Positions 30,771 to 40,969 are shown, counted from the first letter of the stretch. The stretch is DNA of 64,000 bases from Candidatus Deferrimicrobiaceae bacterium (GCA_963792415.1 CAWBVY010000005.1:1-64000); one strand, 5' to 3'. Numbers and translations are program-made. Notes: generated by a model not told the origin, from the letters alone.

Positions 30771-30836
30771 GTGCCCCCCGTTGCTCCTGCTGCGGGGGTA
30801 CCCCACAAGCGCGAAGCTCGTAGTGGGGCTCCCTAC
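30771..30836 (-). repeat. Partial copy (central module) of the intergenic repeat family plus an extra hairpin
   Basis: 30771-30805 matches 45491-45525 at 31/35 nt; adjacent hairpin CCCCAC..GTGGGG. Confidence 0.7.
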
Positions 30837-31756
30837 GTCTCGTCAAGGTAGTGCTCCGTAAATTCCGGTCCCGGGGGGCAGACGACCCGTAACGGTTCCC
30901 CCGTCGCCGGGTGCCGGAACGTGACCTCCTCCGCGTGCAGCATCAGCCGCGTCTTCCCCGGCCCCTCGGGCGGGACGGCGGCGTACCGGCGGTCTCCCAC
31001 GATCGGATGGCCGGCGGCGGCGAGGTGCGCCCGGATCTGGTGCCGCTTCCCGCGGGAGATCGTCGCGCAGACCAGGGTGCGGCCGCCCCCGACGCCCTTC
31101 ACCGGCTCGATCCAGGTCCACCGGCACGGGTCCGGGTCCGCCGATTCCTTCCGCACGCGGACGATCCCCCCCCCCACCGAATCGATCGCGTAGTCGATCG
31201 GGATCGATTCCGGGACGTCCCCCTCGACAAGGCAAAGGTACCGCTTCCGGATCCCCCCCATCTCCCGTTCGTGCCGCAGAAACGTCCACGCCTGCGTCGT
31301 GAGCGCCGCCGGAACCGCCCCGCTGGTGGCGAAATCGAGGCGCGTGAGCAGCGTGAGGCCCGGGACGGGGGAGATCTCCGCCACCTCCGGGTGAAGTTTC
31401 CTCAAGTACCCGGCGAGCGTTCCCGCTTCGAGCGGTCGCTGGGAGTCGGTGTGGGCGTCGTGCGGCTTGGAGAGGACGGCGACGTGGGGGTCTTCGTAGG
31501 CGACGGACGCCCCCGGCAGATCGGAAGGGACGGGGAGCCAGTCCGATTCCTCCGCGAGGGAGGCCACCGTGACGGTCTCGCCTTCGCGGAGAATCCGCCC
31601 CTTCGGAGAGGCGGCGCCGCCGACCTGGACGGCTCCCCCCTCGATCGCGAACCGCACGCTTCGCGACGGGACCCCGGGGAACCGGTCCCGCAGGAACCGG
31701 TCGAGACGGGCCCCGGACTCCCCTGGAAGTACGTCGAGCGACTGGAGGATCAACAT
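30833..31756 (-). CDS. RluA-family pseudouridine synthase (S4 + catalytic domain)
   Basis: RLDRFL S4 domain, TRLDFATSG catalytic Asp, GKRHQIRAHL, GHPIVGDRRY, LMLHA. Confidence 0.9.
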   Translation of the reverse strand: MLILQSLDVLPGESGARLDRFLRDRFPGVPSRSVRFAIEGGAVQVGGAASPKGRILREGETVTVASLAEESDWLPVPSDLPGASVAYEDPHVAVLSKPHDAHTDSQRPLEAGTLAGYLRKLHPEVAEISPVPGLTLLTRLDFATSGAVPAALTTQAWTFLRHEREMGGIRKRYLCLVEGDVPESIPIDYAIDSVGGGIVRVRKESADPDPCRWTWIEPVKGVGGGRTLVCATISRGKRHQIRAHLAAAGHPIVGDRRYAAVPPEGPGKTRLMLHAEEVTFRHPATGEPLRVVCPPGPEFTEHYLDET

Positions 31757-31797
31757 CTCATCGTATATACTGTATACGGAGAAAGGAGGGCCACGCC

Positions 31798-32283
31798 ATG
31801 TACGAAAAGATCCTCGTCCCGCTGGACGGCTCCCCTCTCGCGGAGCGGGCGATCCGGCACGCGCTGGAGATCGCCCGTGGAAGCCGGAGCGAGATCCTCC
31901 TGATGCAGGCCGTCAACTTCCCCCTTCCCGTCGTCCCCGAAGCCGTCCTGATGCCGGACGACAAGTGGCTCGCCGAGGCGAAGAAAGAGGCCGTCCGGTA
32001 CCTCGAAGGGATCGCCGCGCCGCTTCGGGAGGCCGGGATGCGCGTCCGCACGCTGCTGGACGAGCGGCCCCCCGCCGACGCGATCCTTCACGTGGCCACG
32101 CGCGAGGAGGTCGACCTGATCGTCATGAGCACGCACGGACGCGGCGGACTTTCCCGCGTGCTGATGGGAAGCGTCGCGGAGAGCGTGTTCCGGGCGACGT
32201 CGCGGACGGTGATGCTCGTGAAGCCGGAACGGCCGGCCGTCGTGACGCACGCCGACGAGGAGCTGTACCTCCATATCCCGTAG
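31798..32283 (+). CDS. Universal stress protein
   Basis: MYEKILVPLDGS, DLIVMSTHGRGG, MGSVAESV; AAGGAGG RBS. Confidence 0.95.
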   Translation: MYEKILVPLDGSPLAERAIRHALEIARGSRSEILLMQAVNFPLPVVPEAVLMPDDKWLAEAKKEAVRYLEGIAAPLREAGMRVRTLLDERPPADAILHVATREEVDLIVMSTHGRGGLSRVLMGSVAESVFRATSRTVMLVKPERPAVVTHADEELYLHIP

Positions 32284-32290
32284 CGACCCC

Positions 32291-32881
32291 TCACTCGGGC
32301 ACGGTCGTCGCCTTCGTGATGATGACGGGCTGCAAGGGGACGTCCTGGAACATGCCCGCGTTCCCGGTGGGCACGGCGCGGATCTTGTCGACGACGTCCA
32401 TCCCCTCCACGACCTTGCCGAAGACGGCGTAGCCGTACCCTTGCGGGGTCTTCGCCCGGTGGTTGAGGAAGTCGTTGTTCACCACGTTGATGAAGAATTG
32501 CGCCGTCGCGGAGTCTACGACCGAGGTCCGGGCCATCGCGAGCGTGCCGCGGTCGTTCTTCAGACCGTTGTCCGCCTCGTTCTTTATCGGCGGGTGCTTC
32601 GATCCGCGCTCCTTCATCTCCTTCGTGAACCCCCCGCCCTGGACCATGAAATCCCGGATCACGCGATGAAAGATCAACCCGTCGTAGTGACCTTCCTTGA
32701 CGTAGGCGAGGAAGTTCTTCACGGAGACAGGCGCCTTGTCGGGGTACAACTCGACCTTGATCACACCGAGGCTTGTTTCGAGGATCACCACGGGCTTGCC
32801 TCCTTTGCGGGCGGTTTCGGCGCCGAACGCGATCCCGAAGCAGAGGAGCATAATCCCTGCGATCATGAGCGGTTTCCGCAT
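32291..32881 (-). CDS. ppiA: Periplasmic cyclophilin-type peptidyl-prolyl isomerase
   Basis: [43 protein letters not shown]; signal peptide. Confidence 0.93.
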   Translation of the reverse strand: MRKPLMIAGIMLLCFGIAFGAETARKGGKPVVILETSLGVIKVELYPDKAPVSVKNFLAYVKEGHYDGLIFHRVIRDFMVQGGGFTKEMKERGSKHPPIKNEADNGLKNDRGTLAMARTSVVDSATAQFFINVVNNDFLNHRAKTPQGYGYAVFGKVVEGMDVVDKIRAVPTGNAGMFQDVPLQPVIITKATTVPE

Positions 32882-33018
32882 CGAAGACCCCCGGTTCCCT
32901 TGAGATTGCTTCATTGTATTCGAAACCTCCGGACGGTGGAAGCGTTCCCGCCGATTCCTTCGGGGCGGGGTGTAACCCTTTGGCCGTTTCCCGCGCCCTT
33001 ATGTCTATAATGTACCGG

Positions 33019-34533
33019 ATGACGAATCCCTTGAAGATCCCTTTGCTGCGCGGACTGTTGCTTCTCCTCGCGGTCCTCTGCGCTTCCCCCTTCTCCGCCG
33101 CCGGCGCCGAACCCCTGGCGCTGTCGGTCGAGGACGCCGTCCGAATGGCCGTGGAGAAGAACCTGGGGCTGCAGGTGGCAACCTACTCCCCCGCCATCGC
33201 CGAAACGGGGATCCGGAAGGCGCACGCGATCTACGATCCCCTCCTTTCGGCCCTGGTCGACCACCAGGGAACGAACGCCCAGGCGGCCCCGGAATCGTTC
33301 TTTGTCGACCAGCAGCGCGATTTCCGATTCGACGCGTCGATCACGCAGCTGCTCCCTACGGGGGCGACGACGGCGCTCTCCTTCAACAATATCTGGTCCA
33401 TGGACAACCTGCGCCTTCCGACCTCCCGCTACGCACAGCCGCGGCTCACCCTGTCGCTCTCCCAACCGCTCCTCCAGGGGCTGGGCCGCGAGGTGACGGA
33501 GCGCGGGATCACCACGGCGGACGACGCGATGGATTCCTCCCTCGCGGATTGGACCCAGCAGGCGCTGAACACCGCCGCGACCGCCAGGAACCAGTACCTG
33601 CTCCTCGTGATGACCCGGGAAAGCCTGGCGACGCGGCAGGCCACCCTGGACCTCGCCCGCGAGATCCAGGCCCAGAACGAGGGGCGCGTCGCCGCCGGAG
33701 CGCTGGCCGCGTACCAGATCCAGGATTCCCGGCTGGGGGTGCTCCAGGCGCAGAAGAACCTCCTGGACGCGCAACGCGCCGAAAAGGACGCCGCCGACCA
33801 GCTCCGCACCACGCTGCACCTGCCGGCAGGCATCGACATCGCGACCACCGAACCCCCTCTTCCCGAAACGTCGGAAGAGTCCGAATCCGAGGCGCTGCGG
33901 ACCGCGATGCTGCGGCGCCCCGACGTCGTGAAGGCGCGCATTTCCGTCCGCACCGCGGAATTCAACGAGAAGGTATCCCGCAACCTCGCCCTTCCCTCCC
34001 TCGCGCTGCAGGGAAGCGCCGGTGTCACGGGGCTCGATTCGGCCTACGGGGACGCGATCGCCGACCTGGGCAGCACCCGATACCCCACCTGGTCCGTCGG
34101 GTTGAGCTTCTCCGTCCCGATCGGGAACAACTCCGCCCGCGCGGACGTCGCGGCGAACCGGCTGATCGCAAGCCAGGCGCGGACCCAGCTCGCGGCGGCC
34201 GAGGAGTCGGCGGGGCTCGAGGTCCGCACCGCCCTGCGCGCCCTGGCCTCCGCGCGCGAGCAGATCGGAGTGACCGAACAGGGAGTGACGGCCGCGGAGG
34301 TCGTGGTGGCCTCGTACCGGAAGCGACAACAGCTGGGGCTGGCCACCACCAAGGACGTCCTTGACGTCGTCGCCGTCCTGACGCAGGCCCGGGAGAACTA
34401 CACCGTGGCGCGAGCGAGTTATCAGTCCGCGTTCACGAACCTGTGGAAGGCCACCGGGGAGCTGCTCGACCGGGAGGGGATCCGGCAAAAGGGAAACGCC
34501 ATCGCATCCAGGGAACGGAAGGAAACTCCATGA
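33019..34533 (+). CDS. TolC-family outer membrane efflux protein
   Basis: Signal peptide, LSVEDAVRMAVEKN, LSLSQPLL, RRPDV, GLATTKDVL, LWKATG. Confidence 0.88.
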   Translation: MTNPLKIPLLRGLLLLLAVLCASPFSAAGAEPLALSVEDAVRMAVEKNLGLQVATYSPAIAETGIRKAHAIYDPLLSALVDHQGTNAQAAPESFFVDQQRDFRFDASITQLLPTGATTALSFNNIWSMDNLRLPTSRYAQPRLTLSLSQPLLQGLGREVTERGITTADDAMDSSLADWTQQALNTAATARNQYLLLVMTRESLATRQATLDLAREIQAQNEGRVAAGALAAYQIQDSRLGVLQAQKNLLDAQRAEKDAADQLRTTLHLPAGIDIATTEPPLPETSEESESEALRTAMLRRPDVVKARISVRTAEFNEKVSRNLALPSLALQGSAGVTGLDSAYGDAIADLGSTRYPTWSVGLSFSVPIGNNSARADVAANRLIASQARTQLAAAEESAGLEVRTALRALASAREQIGVTEQGVTAAEVVVASYRKRQQLGLATTKDVLDVVAVLTQARENYTVARASYQSAFTNLWKATGELLDREGIRQKGNAIASRERKETP

Positions 34534-35729
34534 GGAAGCTTATGATCGGGGTCGTCGTGGCGGTTGCAGTCGCCGGCGCGGCGTACCTCTACTTGAAGAA
34601 GGAAAACGGCGCGCCCACGTTCCGTACGGCGAAGGTCGAACGGGGGGATATCGTCGACACCATCACCGCGACGGGGAACATCAACGCCGTGACCACCGTT
34701 TCCGTCGGGAGCCAGATCTCGGGGACGATCCAGAAGCTCTTCGTCGACTACAATTCCCGCGTGCGGAAGGGAGAGGTGATCGCCCAGATCGACCCCCAGC
34801 TGCTCGAAGCCTCGGTCACCCAGGCGCTGGGGAACTTCGAAAACGCGAAGGCCTCCCTCGAGAAGGCGAAGGTTGTCGTCACGGACGCGGAGCGGACGTA
34901 CCGGAGGAACCGGGAGCTTCTCCCCGACGGCTTCGTCGCCCAGTCCGACGTCGACGCGGCGCAGACCGCCTACGACCAGGCGGTCGCGGGGCGGAAAAGC
35001 GCCGAGGCCGTGGTGACGCAGTCCGCGGGGGCGCTCAAGATCGCCCAGACGAACCTGGAGTACGCCACGATCCGCTCGCCGGTCGACGGGATCGTCATCT
35101 CCCGCAGCGTCGACGTCGGGCAGACGGTGGCGGCCTCCTTCCAGACGCCGACCCTGTTTTCGATCGCGCAGGACCTGACGAAGATGCAGATCGACACGAA
35201 CGTCGACGAGTCGGACATCGGCCGCGCCGTCGAGGGGCAGACCGTGGTCTTCACGGTGGACGCGTGGCCCGCGAAGACCTTCACGGGCGTCGTGTCCCAG
35301 GTCCGGAACGCGCCGATCATCACGCAGAACGTGGTCACCTACGACGTCGTGATCCTCGTCGACAACCGGGAACTCCTGCTCAAGCCCGGGATGACGACGA
35401 ACGTCACGATCCAGGTGAAGAAGTTCGAGAACGTCCTGAAGATCCCCAACGCCGCGATGCGGTACCGGCCGGCCGATACATCGAAGGAACCCGGCGGAGG
35501 GACGGCGGGAAGGAAGAAGGAGCCCATGGGCCAGCGGGTCTACGTCATCGGGAAGGACAGGAAGCTCCGGGCGGTCCCCATAAAGGCCGGCGTTTCCGAC
35601 GGCGCGTTCACGGAACTCACGGGGGGGGACCTGAAAGAGGGAGACCTCCTGGTCACCGGCGAGGCGCCGAAGGGATCTTCCCCTTCCGGCGGAACCCCCC
35701 CGGGAATGGGCTTCGGGAGATTCCGGTGA
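34530..35729 (+). CDS. macA: Periplasmic adaptor subunit (MacA-like)
   Basis: VGSQISG, IRSPVDG, GQTVAASFQTPTLF, VDESDIG, LKPGMT. Confidence 0.9.
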   Translation: MRKLMIGVVVAVAVAGAAYLYLKKENGAPTFRTAKVERGDIVDTITATGNINAVTTVSVGSQISGTIQKLFVDYNSRVRKGEVIAQIDPQLLEASVTQALGNFENAKASLEKAKVVVTDAERTYRRNRELLPDGFVAQSDVDAAQTAYDQAVAGRKSAEAVVTQSAGALKIAQTNLEYATIRSPVDGIVISRSVDVGQTVAASFQTPTLFSIAQDLTKMQIDTNVDESDIGRAVEGQTVVFTVDAWPAKTFTGVVSQVRNAPIITQNVVTYDVVILVDNRELLLKPGMTTNVTIQVKKFENVLKIPNAAMRYRPADTSKEPGGGTAGRKKEPMGQRVYVIGKDRKLRAVPIKAGVSDGAFTELTGGDLKEGDLLVTGEAPKGSSPSGGTPPGMGFGRFR

Positions 35730-35738
35730 GGCCCTGAC

Positions 35739-36470
35739 GTGTCCACCGCGACGATCGAGCTTCGTGGAGTCTCCAAGACCTACCTGCTCGGGGACGTGCA
35801 GGTGGAAGCCCTCAAGGGAGTGGACCTGTCCATCGCCAAGGGCGAATTCCTCGCCGTGATGGGCCCCTCGGGGTCGGGGAAGTCGACGCTGATGAATATC
35901 CTCGGGTGCCTCGACCGGCCCACCACGGGCAGCTACCGGCTCGACGGCGAGGAGATCGGGACCCTGTCGCGGGACGGCCGCGCGGTGATACGGCGCAACA
36001 AGCTCGGCTTCGTCTTCCAGGGGTTCAACCTCCTCCCCCGCCTCTCCGGGCAGGAGAACGTCGAGCTGCCGATGATCTACGACAACACGCCGGCCTCCGT
36101 TCGCCGCGAAAAGGCGCGCAAGGCGCTTTCCTCCCTCGGCCTGGGCGATCGCGGGCACCACCTCCCGAGCCAGCTCTCGGGTGGCCAGCAGCAACGCGTG
36201 GCGATCGCGCGTGCGATCGTCAACACCCCGTCCCTCCTCCTCGCCGACGAACCCACCGGGAACCTCGACTCGGTCACCAGCGACGAGATCATGGGGATCT
36301 TCCAGCGTCTCAACGACGAGCTCGGGATCACCCTCGTCCTCGTCACCCACGAGCCGGACATTTCGCGGTTCGCGCGCCGGGTGATCCGGTTCCGGGACGG
36401 GAATCTCGTCGAGGATCGTCCGGTCGGGAACCGCCGCACGCCCCCCGCGGCGACAGGAGGCCCCGCATGA
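35739..36470 (+). CDS. MacB-type ABC ATPase
   Basis: GPSGSGKST, LSGGQQQRVAIARA, ADEPTGNLD, VTHE. Confidence 0.93.
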   Translation: MSTATIELRGVSKTYLLGDVQVEALKGVDLSIAKGEFLAVMGPSGSGKSTLMNILGCLDRPTTGSYRLDGEEIGTLSRDGRAVIRRNKLGFVFQGFNLLPRLSGQENVELPMIYDNTPASVRREKARKALSSLGLGDRGHHLPSQLSGGQQQRVAIARAIVNTPSLLLADEPTGNLDSVTSDEIMGIFQRLNDELGITLVLVTHEPDISRFARRVIRFRDGNLVEDRPVGNRRTPPAATGGPA

Positions 36471-37693
36471 ACCTGTACTCCGCGGGAAAAGTCTCGTTCC
36501 GGTCGCTCCGCGCGAACAAGATGCGGTCGGTCCTGACGATGCTGGGGATGATCATCGGCGTGGCGGCGGTCATCATCATGGTCGCGATCGGCGCGGGAGC
36601 CAACGAGCGGATCGCCGCCCAGATCGCCTCCGTGGGCTCGAACCTGCTGCTCGTGCTCCCGGGGAGCACCACGTCGGGAGGGTTGCGGTCCGGCCACGGG
36701 AGCACCCCCACCTTGACGATGGAGGACGCCAAGGCGATAGAGAAAGAGCTCCCCGCGGTGGCGCTGGCATCCCCCTCGTCCCGCACCAGCGGGCCGGTGG
36801 TCTACGGAAACCAGAACTGGAGCACGATTCTCCAGGGGGTTTCCCCCGAATATTTCGAGATGCGCGACTGGAATACCCTCGAGGGGAGATTTTTCACGCT
36901 GCAGGAGATGGACGCGGCCGTGAAGGTCTGCGTGCTGGGCACCACCGTGGCCGAAAACCTCTTCGGCCCGGAGAGCCCCGTGGGGAAGATCGTCCGGATC
37001 AAGCGCGCCCCCTTCACCGTGGTCGGGGTGCTCGAATCGAAGGGGCAGTCCCCGAACGGCCAGGACCAGGACGACATCGTGATCGTCCCCGTCACGACCC
37101 TGATCAAGAAACTCGCCGGCAGCGCCCACTCGCGGTCGATCGGCGTCGTCCTCGTACAGGCCGTCGACGGGGACAGCGTCAAGGAGGCGGAGCGGGAGGT
37201 GACCTCCCTGCTCCGGCAGCGCCACCGGATCGGCACGGGGCAGGACGACGACTTCTCCGTCCGGAACCTCTCCGAGATGCTGGCCCTGGCCGAGTCGGCC
37301 ACGCGGATCATGAGCCTCCTCCTCGGCGGGATCGCCTCCGTGTCCCTGGTGGTCGGCGGGATCGGGATCATGAACATCATGCTGGTGTCGGTGACGGAGA
37401 GGACGCGGGAGATCGGGATCCGGATGGCGGTGGGCGCGAGGGAGCGCGACATCCTCTCCCAGTTCCTGATCGAGGCGGTCCTTCTGTCCCTCACGGGAGG
37501 CGCGATCGGGATCGTGATCGGGGCGGCCGGGGCGGTCCTCATCTCCCGGCTCGCGGGGTGGTCCACGCTCATCTCGCCCGCCGCCGCCTTCCTCGCTTTC
37601 GGCTTCTCCGCCGCGGTGGGCGTCTTCTTCGGCTTCTACCCGGCGCGGAAGGCGTCGCGGATGGACCCCATCGAGGCGCTCCGGTACGAGTAA
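36467..37693 (+). CDS. MacB-type ABC permease
   Basis: NKMRSVLTMLGMIIG, VGGIGIMNIMLVSVTERTREIGIR, FFGFYPARKAS, PIEALRYE. Confidence 0.93.
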   Translation: MNLYSAGKVSFRSLRANKMRSVLTMLGMIIGVAAVIIMVAIGAGANERIAAQIASVGSNLLLVLPGSTTSGGLRSGHGSTPTLTMEDAKAIEKELPAVALASPSSRTSGPVVYGNQNWSTILQGVSPEYFEMRDWNTLEGRFFTLQEMDAAVKVCVLGTTVAENLFGPESPVGKIVRIKRAPFTVVGVLESKGQSPNGQDQDDIVIVPVTTLIKKLAGSAHSRSIGVVLVQAVDGDSVKEAEREVTSLLRQRHRIGTGQDDDFSVRNLSEMLALAESATRIMSLLLGGIASVSLVVGGIGIMNIMLVSVTERTREIGIRMAVGARERDILSQFLIEAVLLSLTGGAIGIVIGAAGAVLISRLAGWSTLISPAAAFLAFGFSAAVGVFFGFYPARKASRMDPIEALRYE

Positions 37694-37697
37694 ACCG

Positions 37698-38408
37698 TCA
37701 CTCTTGCGGACCGGGGAATCGGACGGTAATGGACGCGTGGACCGGCCCCTTTTCGGCGGACGGGCGGCGGGCGCTCACGCGGACCTCGGTCACCGGCCCC
37801 CTCGGGGAGCGACCGTATGCGGCCTTGAAATCGTCGGCGAGACGGCGGTTCGAGGAGATCGTCTTTCCCGCCTCCTCCGGCCCCGCGACGACGAACACCG
37901 TATTCTCTTCCATGAGACGATACATCGATCCGACCGGGAGCCCGTTCCCCCACGCGTAGGTCAGACGGATCCCGGACGGGGTGAACCCGCCCCACACCTG
38001 TTTCAGGAACAGCACGGTGCGCCGCTTCCAACCGAGATTCAACGAATCGGTCCCGAAGACGAAGGTGGCGGAGGCGGGAAAGATCGCCTCGGCGGGCAGG
38101 TAGTCGTTCCTCCGGGAGTTCCCCTCCCCGAGGTTGACGTTGTCCACGACGAAGCGGAGCGCGGCGGAACCGGGCGCCCAGCGGCCGACGTGCCGGTACG
38201 ATACTCCCGTCCCGGGGGCCATCGTCACCTCGACGGAGATCCCGTTGTCGGTCGCCCCGACGTGGCGCTCCGGAAGAGCCCCGAACCGCCTCGCCGGCGA
38301 TTCTTCCCAGTTTCCGAGGCCCTCTCCCGCCGCGAAGATCCGCCCGGACGAGGCGGACAGCGCGGCGAAACCCAGCAGGAGCAGCGCGATCTTACGCATC
38401 TTCGCCAC
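37698..38408 (-). CDS. Exported protein, DUF3047-like
   Basis: Signal peptide; LTYAWGNGLPVG and RRLADDFKAAYGRSP resemble the DUF3047 C-terminus (recognition from memory). Confidence 0.55.
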   Translation of the reverse strand: MAKMRKIALLLLGFAALSASSGRIFAAGEGLGNWEESPARRFGALPERHVGATDNGISVEVTMAPGTGVSYRHVGRWAPGSAALRFVVDNVNLGEGNSRRNDYLPAEAIFPASATFVFGTDSLNLGWKRRTVLFLKQVWGGFTPSGIRLTYAWGNGLPVGSMYRLMEENTVFVVAGPEEAGKTISSNRRLADDFKAAYGRSPRGPVTEVRVSARRPSAEKGPVHASITVRFPGPQE

Positions 38409-39147
38409 GCTCCTCCGCCCGACGCAGAACTTCGTACCCGATCCCCGAGAGGAGTTTCGTGAAGTGCGCGGCGCACGCGTCCGTCCGCCCGAATCGGTCG
38501 CCGCGGAACACCACCCGGACGCGATACTCCCCGTCGCTCATCGGGTACGAACCGATGCCGACGTCGGGGAAGACGGTCATCGCCTCCCGCATGATCCCGG
38601 CGTAGGACGATTCCGGCGCCATCGCGAACAGGGTGACCCGGCTCTTCCGCCGGCTGGAGACCATCGGCTTCACCCACTCGAACATCGCCTGCAGCATGCG
38701 CGGGACCCCGGGGAAGACCGCCATCCCGTCGATGAAGAAACCGGGAGCCGGGGAGAGGGGGTTCGGGATCAGCGTCGCGCCTTGTGGAACCTGGGCCATC
38801 AGCATCCGGTACTCCGGGTTCGACCCCTTGTACGGCCGGGCCTCCAGCGCCGCCTTCGCCTCCGGGTGGACGATCAGAGGAACCCCGGCGACCTCGGCCA
38901 CCGCGTCCCGGGTGATATCGTCGGGGGTCGGCCCGATCCCGCCGGTCAGAACGAGCAGATCGACCTCCTCGCGGAACCGGCGCAGGTGCCGCACCACCAC
39001 GGGGATGTCGTCCGGAAGGATCGCGCACAGCGCCGTCTCCGCCCCCCATTCGGCCAACTGCGGGATCATGTAGGCGAGGTTCGCCTCCCGGATCTCCCCC
39101 TTCAGCACCTCGTCGCCGAGGATGACGATCCCCACTCTCGTCGCCAT
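38392..39147 (-). CDS. CinA N-terminal-like molybdopterin-binding-domain protein
   Basis: ILGDEVLKG, TGGIGPTPDDIT, APGF, FPGVP, IGSYP. Confidence 0.88.
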   Translation of the reverse strand: MATRVGIVILGDEVLKGEIREANLAYMIPQLAEWGAETALCAILPDDIPVVVRHLRRFREEVDLLVLTGGIGPTPDDITRDAVAEVAGVPLIVHPEAKAALEARPYKGSNPEYRMLMAQVPQGATLIPNPLSPAPGFFIDGMAVFPGVPRMLQAMFEWVKPMVSSRRKSRVTLFAMAPESSYAGIMREAMTVFPDVGIGSYPMSDGEYRVRVVFRGDRFGRTDACAAHFTKLLSGIGYEVLRRAEERGEDA

Positions 39148-39256
39148 GCATTTCCCCCGTTGGAATATTTCTATCTTACCCCGTGATGGGGCTAAAATCA
39201 TTGACATCCCCTTTGTCGAATCGTTACCGTGGGGTACATTCCATCCGGAGCGCATC

Positions 39257-40312
39257 TTGAAAAAACCCGTGACGTACAGAACCGCCGGCGTCGACATCGA
39301 CGAGGGGGAACGCCTCGTGCGCCGGATCCGCCCGATGGTCCGGACGACGCACCGCAGGGAGGTGCTGGGGGAGATCGGCTCGTTCGCGGGCTTCTTTCGC
39401 TTCCCCGCGCGGAAGTACCGCGACCCGGTCCTCGTCTCCGGCACCGACGGCGTGGGAACCAAGGTCAAGGTCGCCGCGGCGGCAGGAAAGTTCGACACGG
39501 TGGGGATCGACCTCGTCGCCATGTGCGTCAACGACATCCTTGTCCACGGCGCCGAGCCGCTCTTCTTCCTCGACTACTACGCCACCGGGAAGCTTTCTGC
39601 CGACCACGGGGCCCAGGTCGTCTCGGGCGTCGCGGAAGGGTGCCGGCAGGCCGGCTGCGCCCTGCTCGGGGGGGAGACCGCGGAGATGCCCTCGGTCTAC
39701 GCCCGGGGAGAGTTCGACCTCGCGGGATTCGCGGTGGGAGCGGTGGACCGCAAAAAAATCGTCGACGGGGGCGAAGTTCGCCCCGGCGACCTGCTCGTGG
39801 GGCTTTCCTCCTCCGGTCTCCACAGCAACGGGTACTCCCTTGCGAGGAAGGTCGTCTTCGACATCCTCGGCAAGCGGATCGGCCAGCGCGTCCCCGAGTG
39901 GGGCGCAACGGTCGCGGAGGAGCTTCTGCGCCCCACCCGCATCTACGTGCGCCCCGTCCTTTCCCTGCTCCGGAAGATGACGATCCTCGGCATGGCCCAC
40001 ATCACCGGGGGAGGGATCACCGGGAACGTCCCGCGTTCCCTGCCGGACGGCGTCACGGCGGTCGTCGACCGTTCCACGTGGGAAGTCCCCCCCGTTTTCC
40101 GCACGATCTGCGCGGCGGCGCGCCTGCCCGACGGGGAGGCGTTCCGCACCTTCAACATGGGGATCGGGATGGTGCTCATGCTCCGGCCGGTGGACGCGGA
40201 TCGGGCGGTCGCCCATTTCCGTCGCGCCGGTGTTCCGGCCACCGTGATCGGGGAGATCCGGAAGGGACGCCGCCGGAAACCGGACGTGACCTTCGCGGGA
40301 GGTGAACGATGA
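39257..40312 (+). CDS. purM: Phosphoribosylformylglycinamidine cyclo-ligase
   Basis: YRTAGVDI, TDGVGTK, GIDLVAMCVND, GGETAEMP, SSGLHSNGYSL, HITGGG, TFNMGIG; TTG start after GGAG. Confidence 0.97.
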   Translation: MKKPVTYRTAGVDIDEGERLVRRIRPMVRTTHRREVLGEIGSFAGFFRFPARKYRDPVLVSGTDGVGTKVKVAAAAGKFDTVGIDLVAMCVNDILVHGAEPLFFLDYYATGKLSADHGAQVVSGVAEGCRQAGCALLGGETAEMPSVYARGEFDLAGFAVGAVDRKKIVDGGEVRPGDLLVGLSSSGLHSNGYSLARKVVFDILGKRIGQRVPEWGATVAEELLRPTRIYVRPVLSLLRKMTILGMAHITGGGITGNVPRSLPDGVTAVVDRSTWEVPPVFRTICAAARLPDGEAFRTFNMGIGMVLMLRPVDADRAVAHFRRAGVPATVIGEIRKGRRRKPDVTFAGGER

Positions 40313-40965
40313 ACGACCGGCCGGTCATCGCAGTCCTCGTCTCCGGGAGCGGCTCCAACCTGCAGGCGATCATCGACGCCTCCGAGCGTGGGGAGATCCC
40401 CGGGCGGGTCGGCCTGGTGCTGAGCAACAAGGCGGACGCCTACGGGCTCGAGCGGGCCCGGAAGCACGGGATCCCGACCTCGGTGGTGGACCACAAGGGG
40501 TTCGGGAGCCGGGAGGAGTTCGACGCGAAGATGGCGGAGGTGATCCGGGCCTCGGGGGCCGTCCTCGTCTGCCTGGCGGGCTTCATGCGGGTGGTGACGC
40601 CGGTCTTCCTTCGGGCGTTCCCGCACCGGATCCTCAACATCCACCCGGCGCTGCTCCCCTCCTTCCCGGGAACCCACGGGCCGGCGCAGGCGCTCCGGTA
40701 CGGCGTCCGGTTCTCGGGGTGCACCGTCCACTTCCTCGACGAGGGGGTGGACACCGGGCCGATCATCGTACAGGCGGTCGTCCCGGTGCACGAGGACGAC
40801 ACGGAGGAGACGCTCGCCGCCCGGATCCTCAAGGAGGAGCACCGGATCTACCCGATGGCGATCCGGCTGTTTCTCGAGGGGAGGCTCGCCGTCGAGGGGA
40901 GAAAGGTGTTCACGAAGGACGCGGAAAAGATCCCCGACTTCTCCCGGCGCAACCCCGACGCCTAG
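40309..40965 (+). CDS. purN: Phosphoribosylglycinamide formyltransferase
   Basis: SGSGSNLQA, LAGFMR, NIHPALLPSFPG, GCTVH, DTGPII. Confidence 0.97.
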   Translation: MNDRPVIAVLVSGSGSNLQAIIDASERGEIPGRVGLVLSNKADAYGLERARKHGIPTSVVDHKGFGSREEFDAKMAEVIRASGAVLVCLAGFMRVVTPVFLRAFPHRILNIHPALLPSFPGTHGPAQALRYGVRFSGCTVHFLDEGVDTGPIIVQAVVPVHEDDTEETLAARILKEEHRIYPMAIRLFLEGRLAVEGRKVFTKDAEKIPDFSRRNPDA

Positions 40966-40969
40966 GAAG

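Noticed and set aside
39201-39230. TTGACA-N7-TGTCGA dyad upstream of purM as a regulator site or riboswitch
   Set aside because: Explained well enough as a -35 box; single imperfect instance; the leader is too short for a purine or ZTP riboswitch.
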